A DNA stretch of 58,120 nucleotides. It comes from an uncultured Flavobacteriales bacterium. Its GTDB lineage: Bacteria; Bacteroidota; Bacteroidia; Flavobacteriales_D; CAJJDF01. The stretch spans positions 1 through 58,120 of the forward strand of contig CALLII010000058.1 in NCBI GenBank assembly GCA_938009745.1. The letters are read 5' to 3'. Each line of letters opens with the position of its first letter. Position 1 is the first letter of the stretch. Shown one piece after another: positions 34,267 to 43,461 of the stretch. The position numbers and the translations under genes are program-made. The notes under the pieces are model-generated. The model saw nothing but the letters and a program-made list of their open reading frames with translations. It was not told where the DNA came from and did not search any database.

Positions 34267-36560
34267 TGAATTACTCCTCTAAACAGTTAGTTGAATTTAT
34301 TGGAGGAGAATGTGAGTTGTATAACGAACAAATTATTACTCACGTTTCTACAGATAGCCGATCGCTACAAAATACTGGAAATACAGTTTTTTTTGCCTTA
34401 GTTACTGAAAAAAGAAATGGACACAATTTTATACAAGACCTAATTGATAGAGGGGTTAAAACTTTTGTAGTTTCTCAGGGAATAGAATTTAATGGCGAGG
34501 GAATTACAATAATTAAAGTATCCAATACTTTGGAAGCGCTACAAAGTTTAGCCGCCAACCATAGAAAGCAATTTGATATTCCTGTAATAGGAATTACAGG
34601 TAGTTATGGAAAAACTATTGTGAAAGAATGGTTATATCAACTATTAAGCACAGATTATAACATTTGCCGAAGTCCAAAAAGTTTTAATTCTCAATTAGGA
34701 GTTTCATTATCTATACTATTATTAGATTCAACTTCCACTTTAGGAATTTTTGAAGCGGGAATTTCAGAGTCTGGTGAGATGGAAAAATTAGAGGAAATAA
34801 TACATCCCACAATTGGAGTTTTAACTAAAATGGGTGAAGCTCATCAGTCTGGTTTTAATAGTTTTGAGCAAAAGTTAGCGGAGAAAAAACAGTTGTTTTT
34901 AAATAGTGATATTGTTATAGAATTATCAGAAGATAAACAGGATTACGATTTTCCTTTTTCTGATAAAGTATCTATTGAAAACTGTTCATTATGCATTAAA
35001 GTTTTAGAGTATTTAGGGTATGAAAAAGCATTAATACAAGAAAGAATAAACTCTCTATCTTCAATAACACTTAGGCTAGAGATGATAAATGGAATTCATA
35101 ATTCTACTATTCTTAATGATGGATATAATATAAGTTATTCCTCACTTGCTCTTTCGGTTCAATACTTAAATCAATTAGCAGCTACATTTCCAAAAACACT
35201 CATTATTTCTCAAATTCCTGAGTCTAATTTGGGTGATGAACGAATAATTCAGTTAATAAATTCAAGCGAATTTACTCGTGTTTTAGTAGTAGGTGAAGAA
35301 GAATTAATAGGACTAGAAAATAAGGTGCAGGTAGACCATTTTAAATCAACAGAAGAATTAATTAGTCAATTATCTCAGTACGATTTCAGAAATCATTTTG
35401 TGCTCATAAAAGGAGCTAGAAAATTTAGATTTGAACAAATTGCTAAAGTTCTTGAAGAAAAAAATCATAGAACACAATTAGAAATAGACTTAAATCAACT
35501 GTCAAGAAATTTAGATATCTATAGGAATAAAATAAAGTCAAATACCAAGTTAATGGTAATGGTAAAAGCATTTTCATATGGCACAGGCGCTATTGAAATT
35601 CCTCGTTTATTAGAGGTAGAAGGTGTTGATTATTTGGGAGTTGCCTATACAGATGAAGGAATTGTATTGCGAAACTCTGGAATTAAGATTCCTATAATGG
35701 TAATGAATCCTGAGCCTGGTACTTTTGCCGATTTAATAAAATATGAGTTAGAACCAGAAGTATATTCTTTAGAAGAGCTAGATGAACTTGTAAAAGATTT
35801 AATTGTACTGGACAGAAAAGAATACCCGATTCATATCAAATTAGAAACTGGAATGAACCGATTAGGATTCATAGAAGAGGAAATTCCTAAGTTAATTCAA
35901 TACCTTAAATCACAACCAGAAGTTTATGTAAAGTCTATTTTTTCTCATTTATCATCCGCAGATGATAAATTACAGAAAGAATTTACTTTAGATCAATTAA
36001 CTAAATTCGAAAACTATTCTTCTCAAATATTATCAGCTTTTAGTTATCCCATTGAAAGGCACGTTTTGAATACTGCAGGAATTGATAATTATAATGATTA
36101 TCAGTACAATATGGTTAGGTTAGGAATAGGGTTATACGGAATTAATGCAGGTGAAAATAATATAGATGTTAAGCCAATAAGTAAATTGAAGTCAGTAATT
36201 ATCCAGACCAAAAAACTTAAAAATGGTGACTCAATAGGATATGGAAGGAAAACAATTGCTAACGAAAACATGACTATTGCTATGTTGCCAATTGGCTACT
36301 CAGATGGGTTAAGAAGAAACCTAGGTAACGGAAAATTTAATTTGTACCTAAATGGAAAACCTTGTCCTATTGTGGGGAATATTTGCATGGACATATGCAT
36401 GATAGATGTTACAGGGCTTAACGCCAAAGTAGGAGATGAAGTAGAGTTATTTGGGAACTACAATAGTATTGAGGATGTTGCCAAAGCAATGAATACAATC
36501 CCTTATGAAGTACTAACTTCAATTTCTCAAAGGGTTAAGCGAGTATATTATAAAGATTAG
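34266..36560 (+). CDS. Bifunctional MurF-like UDP-MurNAc-tripeptide--D-Ala-D-Ala ligase / alanine racemase fusion
   Basis: The N-terminal Mur ligase half has GITGSYGKT. The C-terminal half has alanine racemase motifs (VKAFSYGTG with the PLP Lys, and a YGxxxxxxxPIGYSDG-like region). The start overlaps the tdk stop (TAATG). Confidence 0.85.
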   Translation: MNYSSKQLVEFIGGECELYNEQIITHVSTDSRSLQNTGNTVFFALVTEKRNGHNFIQDLIDRGVKTFVVSQGIEFNGEGITIIKVSNTLEALQSLAANHRKQFDIPVIGITGSYGKTIVKEWLYQLLSTDYNICRSPKSFNSQLGVSLSILLLDSTSTLGIFEAGISESGEMEKLEEIIHPTIGVLTKMGEAHQSGFNSFEQKLAEKKQLFLNSDIVIELSEDKQDYDFPFSDKVSIENCSLCIKVLEYLGYEKALIQERINSLSSITLRLEMINGIHNSTILNDGYNISYSSLALSVQYLNQLAATFPKTLIISQIPESNLGDERIIQLINSSEFTRVLVVGEEELIGLENKVQVDHFKSTEELISQLSQYDFRNHFVLIKGARKFRFEQIAKVLEEKNHRTQLEIDLNQLSRNLDIYRNKIKSNTKLMVMVKAFSYGTGAIEIPRLLEVEGVDYLGVAYTDEGIVLRNSGIKIPIMVMNPEPGTFADLIKYELEPEVYSLEELDELVKDLIVLDRKEYPIHIKLETGMNRLGFIEEEIPKLIQYLKSQPEVYVKSIFSHLSSADDKLQKEFTLDQLTKFENYSSQILSAFSYPIERHVLNTAGIDNYNDYQYNMVRLGIGLYGINAGENNIDVKPISKLKSVIIQTKKLKNGDSIGYGRKTIANENMTIAMLPIGYSDGLRRNLGNGKFNLYLNGKPCPIVGNICMDICMIDVTGLNAKVGDEVELFGNYNSIEDVAKAMNTIPYEVLTSISQRVKRVYYKD

Positions 36561-36623
36561 CCTTAACATAATTTAACCCATAAATGATAATTTCAACTTG
36601 GTTTTTGTCTAACTTTGAATAAT

Positions 36624-37280
36624 ATGAAAGGATTACTCATTATATTAATTTCTATGCTTGTTATAAGCAGTAATTCTCTGTTCTCGCAACAAGGTACAAC
36701 TCTTATTGGTGATACAGCTAAGGAAATTTATGTTCAAATTTCAGGAGTAATAGTTAAAGGAAAAACTATGGCGCCTGTTGCTTATGCAACAGTTATGGAT
36801 AAGTCAACTTATCGTGGGACAAGTAGTGATTTTTATGGTTTCTTTTCCTTTGTAGGAATGCCTGGAGATACATTAATTTTTTCATGTCTTGGTTATAAAA
36901 ATACATCTTATATAATTCCTGATACATTAACAAAAGGAAGGTATTCACTCATTCAAGCAATGGCCGAGGATACCATAATGCTTGCTCAGGCTAATATCTA
37001 CCCATGGCCAACAAGAGAAGAGTTTAGAGATGCTTTTTTAAATACAGATATTCCTAATGACGATTTAACTCGAGCTCAAAATAATTTAGACCAAGAAGTA
37101 TTAGCTTATAAACAAGAGGCTTATCCAGCAGGAGGTTCGTTAAATTATAAGTGGCAAATGAATGATATTAAGCGTCAATTGTATTACCAAGGGCAAGCGC
37201 CACCTAATAATTTATTAAATCCTATAGCTTGGAGTCAATTTATTAGGGCTTGGAAGAACGGAGATTTCAAAAATAATTAA
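36624..37280 (+). CDS. Secreted carboxypeptidase-regulatory-like domain protein
   Basis: Signal peptide, then VQISGVIVKGKTMAPVAYATVMDKSTYRGTSSDFYGFFSFVGMPGDTLIFSCLGYK. The ATG at 36624 is preferred over the TTG at 36615. Confidence 0.65.
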   Translation: MKGLLIILISMLVISSNSLFSQQGTTLIGDTAKEIYVQISGVIVKGKTMAPVAYATVMDKSTYRGTSSDFYGFFSFVGMPGDTLIFSCLGYKNTSYIIPDTLTKGRYSLIQAMAEDTIMLAQANIYPWPTREEFRDAFLNTDIPNDDLTRAQNNLDQEVLAYKQEAYPAGGSLNYKWQMNDIKRQLYYQGQAPPNNLLNPIAWSQFIRAWKNGDFKNN

Positions 37281-37359
37281 TTAAAAATCAGTTTGTTGTA
37301 ATCTATTTTCATTTTAATTGAAAATTAATCTGAAACTCAAATAATTTTGTTTTAATTTA

Positions 37360-37387
37360 GTTTAATATTTTCTGATAAATATTAAAC
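37360..37387. promoter_or_regulatory. Perfect 11-bp inverted repeat (gtttaatattt-N6-aaatattaaac) ending 5 nt before the MerR-family gene start: candidate operator
   Basis: Read directly from the sequence. The arms are exact reverse complements. Confidence 0.35.
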
Positions 37388-37392
37388 AAAAC

Positions 37393-38286
37393 ATGTCAAT
37401 CAAAAACTCATTTTCGATAAAAGATCTTGAAAACCTTAGTGGTGTTAAGGCTCATACCATACGTATTTGGGAGAAAAGATATAATCTTCTTGAGCCAGAA
37501 AGGTCTGATTCCAATATTAGGACTTATAACCTACAAAATCTCAGAAAAATCTTAAATATTGCCGTATTAAACAATAGCGGAGTTAAGATTTCCAAAATAG
37601 CAGATATTAGTGAAGAGGAGCTTAATCATAAAGTAAAAGATATTACTATTGAGAATAAAGAGAATTCTGTAGCTGTGAACAACTTTAAGATTGCAATGCT
37701 CAATTTTGATCAATCTCTGTTTGAAGAAACTTATAATAAGCTACTTGCCTGTAATTCTTTTAGAGATGTTTTTCTTAAAGAGTTTTTAATATTACTTACG
37801 GATATTGGTAATCTTTGGACCACTAATACTATAAGTCCTGCCCACGAAAGGTTTATTTCCACTTTAATTAAACAGAAAATATTAATTAATATAGAAAGAG
37901 TACAGAATGTTAATCCAAGAGATGATATGACTTACATTCTATACTTACCAATGAATGAGATTCACGATATTGGTATTTTATACGTTCATTTCGAATTAAT
38001 GCTTAAAGGATATAAATCTGTTTTTTTAGGTCCTAGTGTTCCATTAGAAAATTTATATGAATTGCAGCATGTTTTCGAAAATATCACTTACATTAGTTAT
38101 TTTACTGTTGAGCCGGTAGCTGATAAAGTTTATGATTATCTGAAAGAAATGAATAATAACATTCTTTCCAAAAGAAATGAACCAATGCACATACTTGGTA
38201 ATAATACCAAAGATATGGATACTAGTAAAATACCTGCAAATGTGAGAATTCACAATTCAATTATTGAACTTATTGATGTTTTATAA
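37393..38286 (+). CDS. MerR-family transcriptional regulator with a C-terminal B12-binding-like domain (CarH/LitR-like candidate light regulator)
   Basis: N-terminal MerR HTH (FSIKDLENLSGVKAHTIRIWEKRYNLLEPERSDSNIRTY). EIHDIG (nt 37957-37974) fits the E/DxHxxG cobalamin-binding motif. Immediately upstream of crtI-crtB. Confidence 0.8.
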   Translation: MSIKNSFSIKDLENLSGVKAHTIRIWEKRYNLLEPERSDSNIRTYNLQNLRKILNIAVLNNSGVKISKIADISEEELNHKVKDITIENKENSVAVNNFKIAMLNFDQSLFEETYNKLLACNSFRDVFLKEFLILLTDIGNLWTTNTISPAHERFISTLIKQKILINIERVQNVNPRDDMTYILYLPMNEIHDIGILYVHFELMLKGYKSVFLGPSVPLENLYELQHVFENITYISYFTVEPVADKVYDYLKEMNNNILSKRNEPMHILGNNTKDMDTSKIPANVRIHNSIIELIDVL

Positions 38287-38310
38287 ATAACAGAACAAAA
38301 AATAATTTAT

Positions 38311-38335
38311 AAAGATTAAACGAAGCTTAATCTTT
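38311..38335 (+). promoter_or_regulatory. 9-bp perfect inverted repeat between the regulator gene and crtI (weak terminator/attenuator or operator)
   Basis: aaagattaa-acgaagc-ttaatcttt followed by a T-rich stretch. Confidence 0.3.
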
Positions 38336-38354
38336 ATTTATATTTGTTACACAA

Positions 38355-39827
38355 ATGAAAAAAAAGGTTGTTATAATAGGTTCAGGTTTTTCCTCACTAT
38401 CTGCTGCAAGTTATCTTGCTAAAGCTGGTTGTGATGTATCTGTATATGAGAAAAACAGTACTTTAGGCGGTAGAGCTAGGATTAAAAAGAAAGAGGGCTT
38501 TACGTTTGATATGGGCCCAAGTTGGTATTGGATGCCAGATGTATTTGATGATTACTTTGACGATTTTGGAAAAAAAGTATCTGATTATTATGACTTAAAA
38601 AGACTGAGCCCAAGCTACAGAGTTTTTTGGAGTGATACTCCTGACGATATTCCTTCAGATATGAATGAGCTAAAGGCTTATTTTGAAAAATATGAAGTAG
38701 GTTCAGGAGAAAAATTAGAAAAATTTCTTGCAGAGGCAAAGATAAAATATGATGTTGGAATGGGAGAGTTTGTTACTAAACCATCCCTGTCTATAACGGA
38801 ATTTATGACACTTGATAGTGCAAGAAAAGGATTATCTTTAGATTTGTTTAAACCAATAAGTAAACACATAAGAAGTTATTTTTCACATCCTAAACTTATT
38901 GAACTTCTCGAGTTTCCAGTTTTGTTTTTAGGAGCAAAACCTCAAAATACACCCTCATTGTATAGTTTAATGAACTATGCTGATATGGCTTTAGGTACCT
39001 GGTACCCAATGGGAGGGATGAATAAGATTGTTGAGGGAATGGTTGATGTGGCAAATGGATTGGGGGTTAAATTCCATACTGATTCAAATGTTGAAGAAAT
39101 TGTGGTGAAAAATAAAAAAGCCATAGGGTTAAAAGTTAATGGTAAAGTAATTGAAGCTGATAAGATTATTAGCGGAGCAGATTATCACCATACTGAACAG
39201 GTACTTCTTTCAGAAAATGAAAGAAGCTATTCTAAAAAATACTGGGATAAAAGAACAATGGCTCCTTCGAGTTTGCTATATTATGTTGGAGTTAATAAAA
39301 AAGTAGAAGGAATTAAGCATCATAATTTATTTTTTGATGAGAGTTTTGAAAACCATGCTACTGAAATTTATGATACACACAAGTGGCCCGAAAAGCCTTT
39401 GTTTTATGTTTGTAATCCAAGTAAAACTGACGATAGTGTAGCTCCTGAGGGTAAAGAGAATTTATTTTTTCTTATACCTGTATCAACTGAGTTGAAGGAT
39501 GACAGTGAAGAAGTGAGACAAAAATATTTTGATTTAATATGTGATAGATTAACTGCTCACATAGGAGAAGATATCCGCCCAAATATCGAAGTGTATGAAT
39601 CTTTTGCTCATTCTGATTTTGTGAATGAATATAATTCATTTAAAGGAAATGCATACGGTTTAGCAAACACTTTGAAGCAAACAGCTTTTTTGAAACCAAA
39701 GATGAAAAGTAAAAAAGTAGACAACCTATATTATACTGGACAATTAACAGTGCCTGGTCCTGGAGTTCCACCTTCATTAGTTTCGGGTAAGGTTGTGAGT
39801 GAATTAATAATGAAACAATTTAATTAA
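38355..39827 (+). CDS. crtI: Phytoene desaturase
   Basis: FAD dinucleotide fold VVIIGSGFSSLSAASYLAKAG, 490 aa, C-terminal LYYTGQLTVPGPGVPPSL motif. Confidence 0.9.
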   Translation: MKKKVVIIGSGFSSLSAASYLAKAGCDVSVYEKNSTLGGRARIKKKEGFTFDMGPSWYWMPDVFDDYFDDFGKKVSDYYDLKRLSPSYRVFWSDTPDDIPSDMNELKAYFEKYEVGSGEKLEKFLAEAKIKYDVGMGEFVTKPSLSITEFMTLDSARKGLSLDLFKPISKHIRSYFSHPKLIELLEFPVLFLGAKPQNTPSLYSLMNYADMALGTWYPMGGMNKIVEGMVDVANGLGVKFHTDSNVEEIVVKNKKAIGLKVNGKVIEADKIISGADYHHTEQVLLSENERSYSKKYWDKRTMAPSSLLYYVGVNKKVEGIKHHNLFFDESFENHATEIYDTHKWPEKPLFYVCNPSKTDDSVAPEGKENLFFLIPVSTELKDDSEEVRQKYFDLICDRLTAHIGEDIRPNIEVYESFAHSDFVNEYNSFKGNAYGLANTLKQTAFLKPKMKSKKVDNLYYTGQLTVPGPGVPPSLVSGKVVSELIMKQFN

Positions 39828-39863
39828 ATCCAATATTTATTGGACAATGTATATTTGAATAAT

Positions 39864-40709
39864 ATGAGTACGAAAAGCCTTTTTGATAAAGTATCGTTTG
39901 AGTCAAGTAAGATTGTAACTAATAATTACAGTACTTCCTTTTCTTTGGCGGTAAAAATGCTGTCTTCTAGGATTCAAGATGATATACATGCTATTTACGG
40001 TTTTGTTCGTTTTGCTGATGAAATAGTTGATACTTTTCATGATTACGATAAAAAAACTTTAATTGATGAATTTGAACGAGATCTTAATCTTTCTATAGAA
40101 AGAGGAATTAGTTTAAATCCAATTTTAAATTCTTTTCAAGATGTATTGAAAAGATACAACATAGAATATGAATTAGTTCATGCTTTTTTGAAAAGCATGA
40201 AGTTTGATTTAAATAAATCTATTTACTCTACAACCGAAGACTACGAAGAATATATTTATGGGTCAGCAGATGTTGTTGGATTAATGTGTTTGAGAGTTTT
40301 CGTAGAAGGTGACAATAAGCTTTATGATGAACTAAAAGAACCAGCTATGCGCTTGGGAAGTGCTTTCCAAAAAGTAAATTTCCTTCGTGATCTAAAAGCC
40401 GATTCAGAAGAGCTAAACAGAGTATATTTTCCTCACCTAGAAGGTTTAGGTTTAAGCGAAGAGAATAAAGCTGAGATTATTGCTGAAATTCAAGGAGATT
40501 TTGATGCAGCCTTAGTTGGTATAAAAATGTTGCCAGATTCAGCAAAATTTGGTGTTTATACAGCATTTAAGTATTACAGCAAGCTACTTAATAAGTTGGT
40601 TAAATCTGATGTAGAAGATATAAAAGCGAATAGGATTAGAGTTAGTAATCCAATGAAGTTTGCACTTTTAACCAAATCATATTTCGACTATAAAACAAGA
40701 AAGATATGA
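39864..40709 (+). CDS. crtB: Phytoene synthase
   Basis: SFSLAVKML, YGFVRFADEIVD (first Asp-rich region), YIYGSADVVGLM (second). The ATG at 39864 is preferred over the TTG at 39840. Confidence 0.9.
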   Translation: MSTKSLFDKVSFESSKIVTNNYSTSFSLAVKMLSSRIQDDIHAIYGFVRFADEIVDTFHDYDKKTLIDEFERDLNLSIERGISLNPILNSFQDVLKRYNIEYELVHAFLKSMKFDLNKSIYSTTEDYEEYIYGSADVVGLMCLRVFVEGDNKLYDELKEPAMRLGSAFQKVNFLRDLKADSEELNRVYFPHLEGLGLSEENKAEIIAEIQGDFDAALVGIKMLPDSAKFGVYTAFKYYSKLLNKLVKSDVEDIKANRIRVSNPMKFALLTKSYFDYKTRKI

Positions 40710-41218
40710 AGATGAGATTGCTTATTTTTTTATGTTTATTCTTTTCAGTAGCATCATTTGCTGGTGAGGGAATTTCGTATTTCAGAAAGTCTTTTAAAGG
40801 GATTGAGGATAAAGCAACAGCAGAAAAATTCCTAGCAACAGAAATAGAAGAAGATAATCTTCAGAATGCTGTTTCAATAAGAGCATATAAAGGAGTTTGT
40901 AAAATGATGATGGCTCAATATGTCAGTAATCCTTTTTCTAAATATTCTTGGTTCAATGAAGGTAAAGACTTACTCGAAAAGTCTATTAAATTGAATAAAA
41001 ATGTAGAGAATATTCACTTGAGAATATTGGTTCAAATTAATGCTCCTTCTTTTTTAGATTACAGTTCTGACATTGCTTCTGATAAAGCATATCTATTAAA
41101 GAATATTGATTCAGCTAAAATTCCTGATGAGACAAAAAAAGATATTTTAAAGGCCTTAATCACATCTGGCAAACTTACTGAATTTAATAAATTAGCAAAA
41201 AAGTATAACGCAATTTGA
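40706..41218 (+). CDS. Hypothetical secreted helical protein embedded in the carotenoid operon
   Basis: 170 aa with signal peptide MKMRLLIFLCLFFSVASFAGE. The start overlaps the crtB stop (ATGA) and the stop overlaps the idi start. No family recognised. Confidence 0.6.
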   Translation: MKMRLLIFLCLFFSVASFAGEGISYFRKSFKGIEDKATAEKFLATEIEEDNLQNAVSIRAYKGVCKMMMAQYVSNPFSKYSWFNEGKDLLEKSIKLNKNVENIHLRILVQINAPSFLDYSSDIASDKAYLLKNIDSAKIPDETKKDILKALITSGKLTEFNKLAKKYNAI

Positions 41219-41730
41219 ATCCAAATTTAGTAATATTAGTTAACGAGAATGATGAAGTTCTTGGTGAGATGGAGAAAATGGAGGCTCATAGAAAAGGAGT
41301 TTTGCACAGAGCCATTTCGGTATTAGTTTTTAATTCTAAAGGTGAGTGGCTGTTGCAGCAAAGAGCAGGAATAAAATACCATTCGGGATTATTGTGGAGT
41401 AATACCACATGCACACATCCAATGAGCGGAGAGGAAACTATTGATGCTGCCCATAGAAGATTAATGGAGGAAATGGGAATGAAATCTCCACTTAAAAAAG
41501 CATTTAGTTTTCAATACAAAGCCGAACTAGATGGAGACATGATTGAGCATGAGCTGGATCACGTTTTTATAGGAGAATCAGATAATGTTCCTGAAATAAA
41601 TAAAGAAGAAGTAGAGAACTATAAATACATTTCTACAGAGCAACTACAATCCCATATGGATAGTTCACCAGATGAGTTTACTGAGTGGTTCAAAATTTTA
41701 TTTGATAGAGTTAAAAAGGAAATGAATTAA
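41215..41730 (+). CDS. idi: Isopentenyl-diphosphate delta-isomerase, type 1 (Nudix fold)
   Basis: VILVNENDEVLGEMEKMEAHRKGVLHRAISVLVFN, WSNTTCTHP and the Nudix-like EETIDAAHRRLMEEMGM. The start is a probable TTG, since there is no upstream in-frame ATG. Confidence 0.85.
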   Translation: MNPNLVILVNENDEVLGEMEKMEAHRKGVLHRAISVLVFNSKGEWLLQQRAGIKYHSGLLWSNTTCTHPMSGEETIDAAHRRLMEEMGMKSPLKKAFSFQYKAELDGDMIEHELDHVFIGESDNVPEINKEEVENYKYISTEQLQSHMDSSPDEFTEWFKILFDRVKKEMN

Positions 41731-42500
41731 TTCCAACCTACTGAACTACCCGCATTTACTTCGTTTACATTTACAACCTCATAGTTTTTAGTTGTTTCAT
41801 CAAAATAATGAAGAAAAGCTACAATTGAAGTTTTAGAAATATTGTATCCAGCAAGATTAACTGAAATAAAGATTGCTTTGGTAGTATCGTCTTTCTTCAA
41901 ATTTAAACTTGTTCCTTTATAATTAGTAAGTACTCTTTTTAGAGTCCTGTAATACGCATCATTTTCTATAATAAACACACTAAGCTTAAGGTCATTGTTT
42001 GCTTTAAACGAACCAATTGAGATATCTAAATCCATAGAATTTCCGTTTAATTTAGACTCCATTTTTAATCCGTAATCAGTTGATTTTAATAATTCAGAAT
42101 CTACATTCTTTGCCCAATGATCTTTTTTATAAATTAAATCTCCAGTTTCAGTTCCAGAATTAACCGCAGGAACTCTGTTGACGCTTCCCATAGGAAATGA
42201 GGTAAAATTGAATACTGTTGCTATAGTATCAAAATAATCAATTTGAGTAATATGATTCGTACTCACAATTAATGGAATAAACGTATTGTTTGGATACGCT
42301 AGCCTCATTGAATCAACTACAAAGTTGAGAGGGATACAATACTGACAATGTTTGCTGTAATCCTCTAGCAATACTCTTTTAGTAAAAGAAGTTGGTAAAG
42401 TTTCTGTCTCAGGAATATTTTCTTCTGGCGTAGTTTCTTTTTTACAAGAAGAAGAAAAAATAATCAATAACGATAGAAAAAGAATGCTAAATTGTTTCAT
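41727..42500 (-). CDS. Omp28-related lipoprotein (second paralogue, CxxC = HCQYC)
   Basis: Lipobox FSSSC, then RVLLEDYSKHCQYCIP at the same relative position as WCGPC in 30064-30831. 257 aa. Its stop overlaps the idi stop convergently. Confidence 0.55.
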   Translation of the reverse strand: MKQFSILFLSLLIIFSSSCKKETTPEENIPETETLPTSFTKRVLLEDYSKHCQYCIPLNFVVDSMRLAYPNNTFIPLIVSTNHITQIDYFDTIATVFNFTSFPMGSVNRVPAVNSGTETGDLIYKKDHWAKNVDSELLKSTDYGLKMESKLNGNSMDLDISIGSFKANNDLKLSVFIIENDAYYRTLKRVLTNYKGTSLNLKKDDTTKAIFISVNLAGYNISKTSIVAFLHYFDETTKNYEVVNVNEVNAGSSVGWN

Positions 42501-42543
42501 ACTGTTTGTTTTACTTCATCAATGTACTAATAATAAAAGTAAG

Positions 42544-43461
42544 CTATTTTAGTAGGCTAGTTAGTGCTTCTTTTAGTTTAGGGAATTTAAATTTGTAGCC
42601 ACTTGCTTCAATTTTTTTGGATGAAATATGACTTCCCTTAAGCGCTATAACTGCTTGCTCACCCATTAATAGTTTAAGAGCAAATGCTGGAACAGCTGGA
42701 AACCAAAATGGTTTTTTTAATACATCAGCAACTGTTTTGCTAAACTCTTTGTTGTTATCTTTTGCTGGAGCAACTCCATTAAATATTCCCGAGATAGATT
42801 CGTTTTCAATTAAATGAATATAGATTCCGCAAATATCTTCTAAATGAATCCAAGGCATGGCTTGCTTTCCAGAGCCTAATGCTGAGCCAATACCAAGTTT
42901 TATTGGAGTTAATAATTTTGCCAAAGCTCCATCATTTTTATCCAATACAACTCCAGTTCGTACTTTAATCACTCTGCAATTAAGTTCGGTAAATTGATTG
43001 GCAACCTCTTCCCATTTTACACAAACTTCTGCAAGAAAATCTGAGCCAGCAGAATCCGACTCTTCAAATACATTGTCTGAGTTTACCATCCCATAATATC
43101 CAATGGCAGATGAAGTGATGAATGCTTTTAAATTTGGATTATGCTTTTTAATTGAGTTAAATAATAAATTTCCTGATTCAACTCTGCTATCAATAATTTC
43201 TTTTCTTCTTTTACTCGTCCACCTTCCTTCGCCTACATTGGCTCCAGCTAAATGAATGATTATATCAGCTTGCTTTATTGCTTCTTCTTCAATTTTTTGA
43301 TTAGCAATATCCCAAGTGTAATGCTTTACTTTATCCGTTTGTTTTTTGGAGCGACTAAGTACAGAGACAGTGTGTCCCTTTTCTATCAAAAGACTAGATA
43401 ATCTCTTTCCTATTAATCCTGTTCCTCCAGTTATTAGAATGTTCATATTGTTAATTTTCAA
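42544..43461 (-). CDS. TIGR01777-family (YfcH-like) NAD-dependent epimerase/dehydratase with a DUF1731 C-terminus
   Basis: ILITGGTGLIGKRL Rossmann motif, 305 aa, C-terminal GYKFKFPKLKEAL. Overlaps the photolyase gene by 11 nt. Confidence 0.85.
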   Translation of the reverse strand: MKINNMNILITGGTGLIGKRLSSLLIEKGHTVSVLSRSKKQTDKVKHYTWDIANQKIEEEAIKQADIIIHLAGANVGEGRWTSKRRKEIIDSRVESGNLLFNSIKKHNPNLKAFITSSAIGYYGMVNSDNVFEESDSAGSDFLAEVCVKWEEVANQFTELNCRVIKVRTGVVLDKNDGALAKLLTPIKLGIGSALGSGKQAMPWIHLEDICGIYIHLIENESISGIFNGVAPAKDNNKEFSKTVADVLKKPFWFPAVPAFALKLLMGEQAVIALKGSHISSKKIEASGYKFKFPKLKEALTSLLK

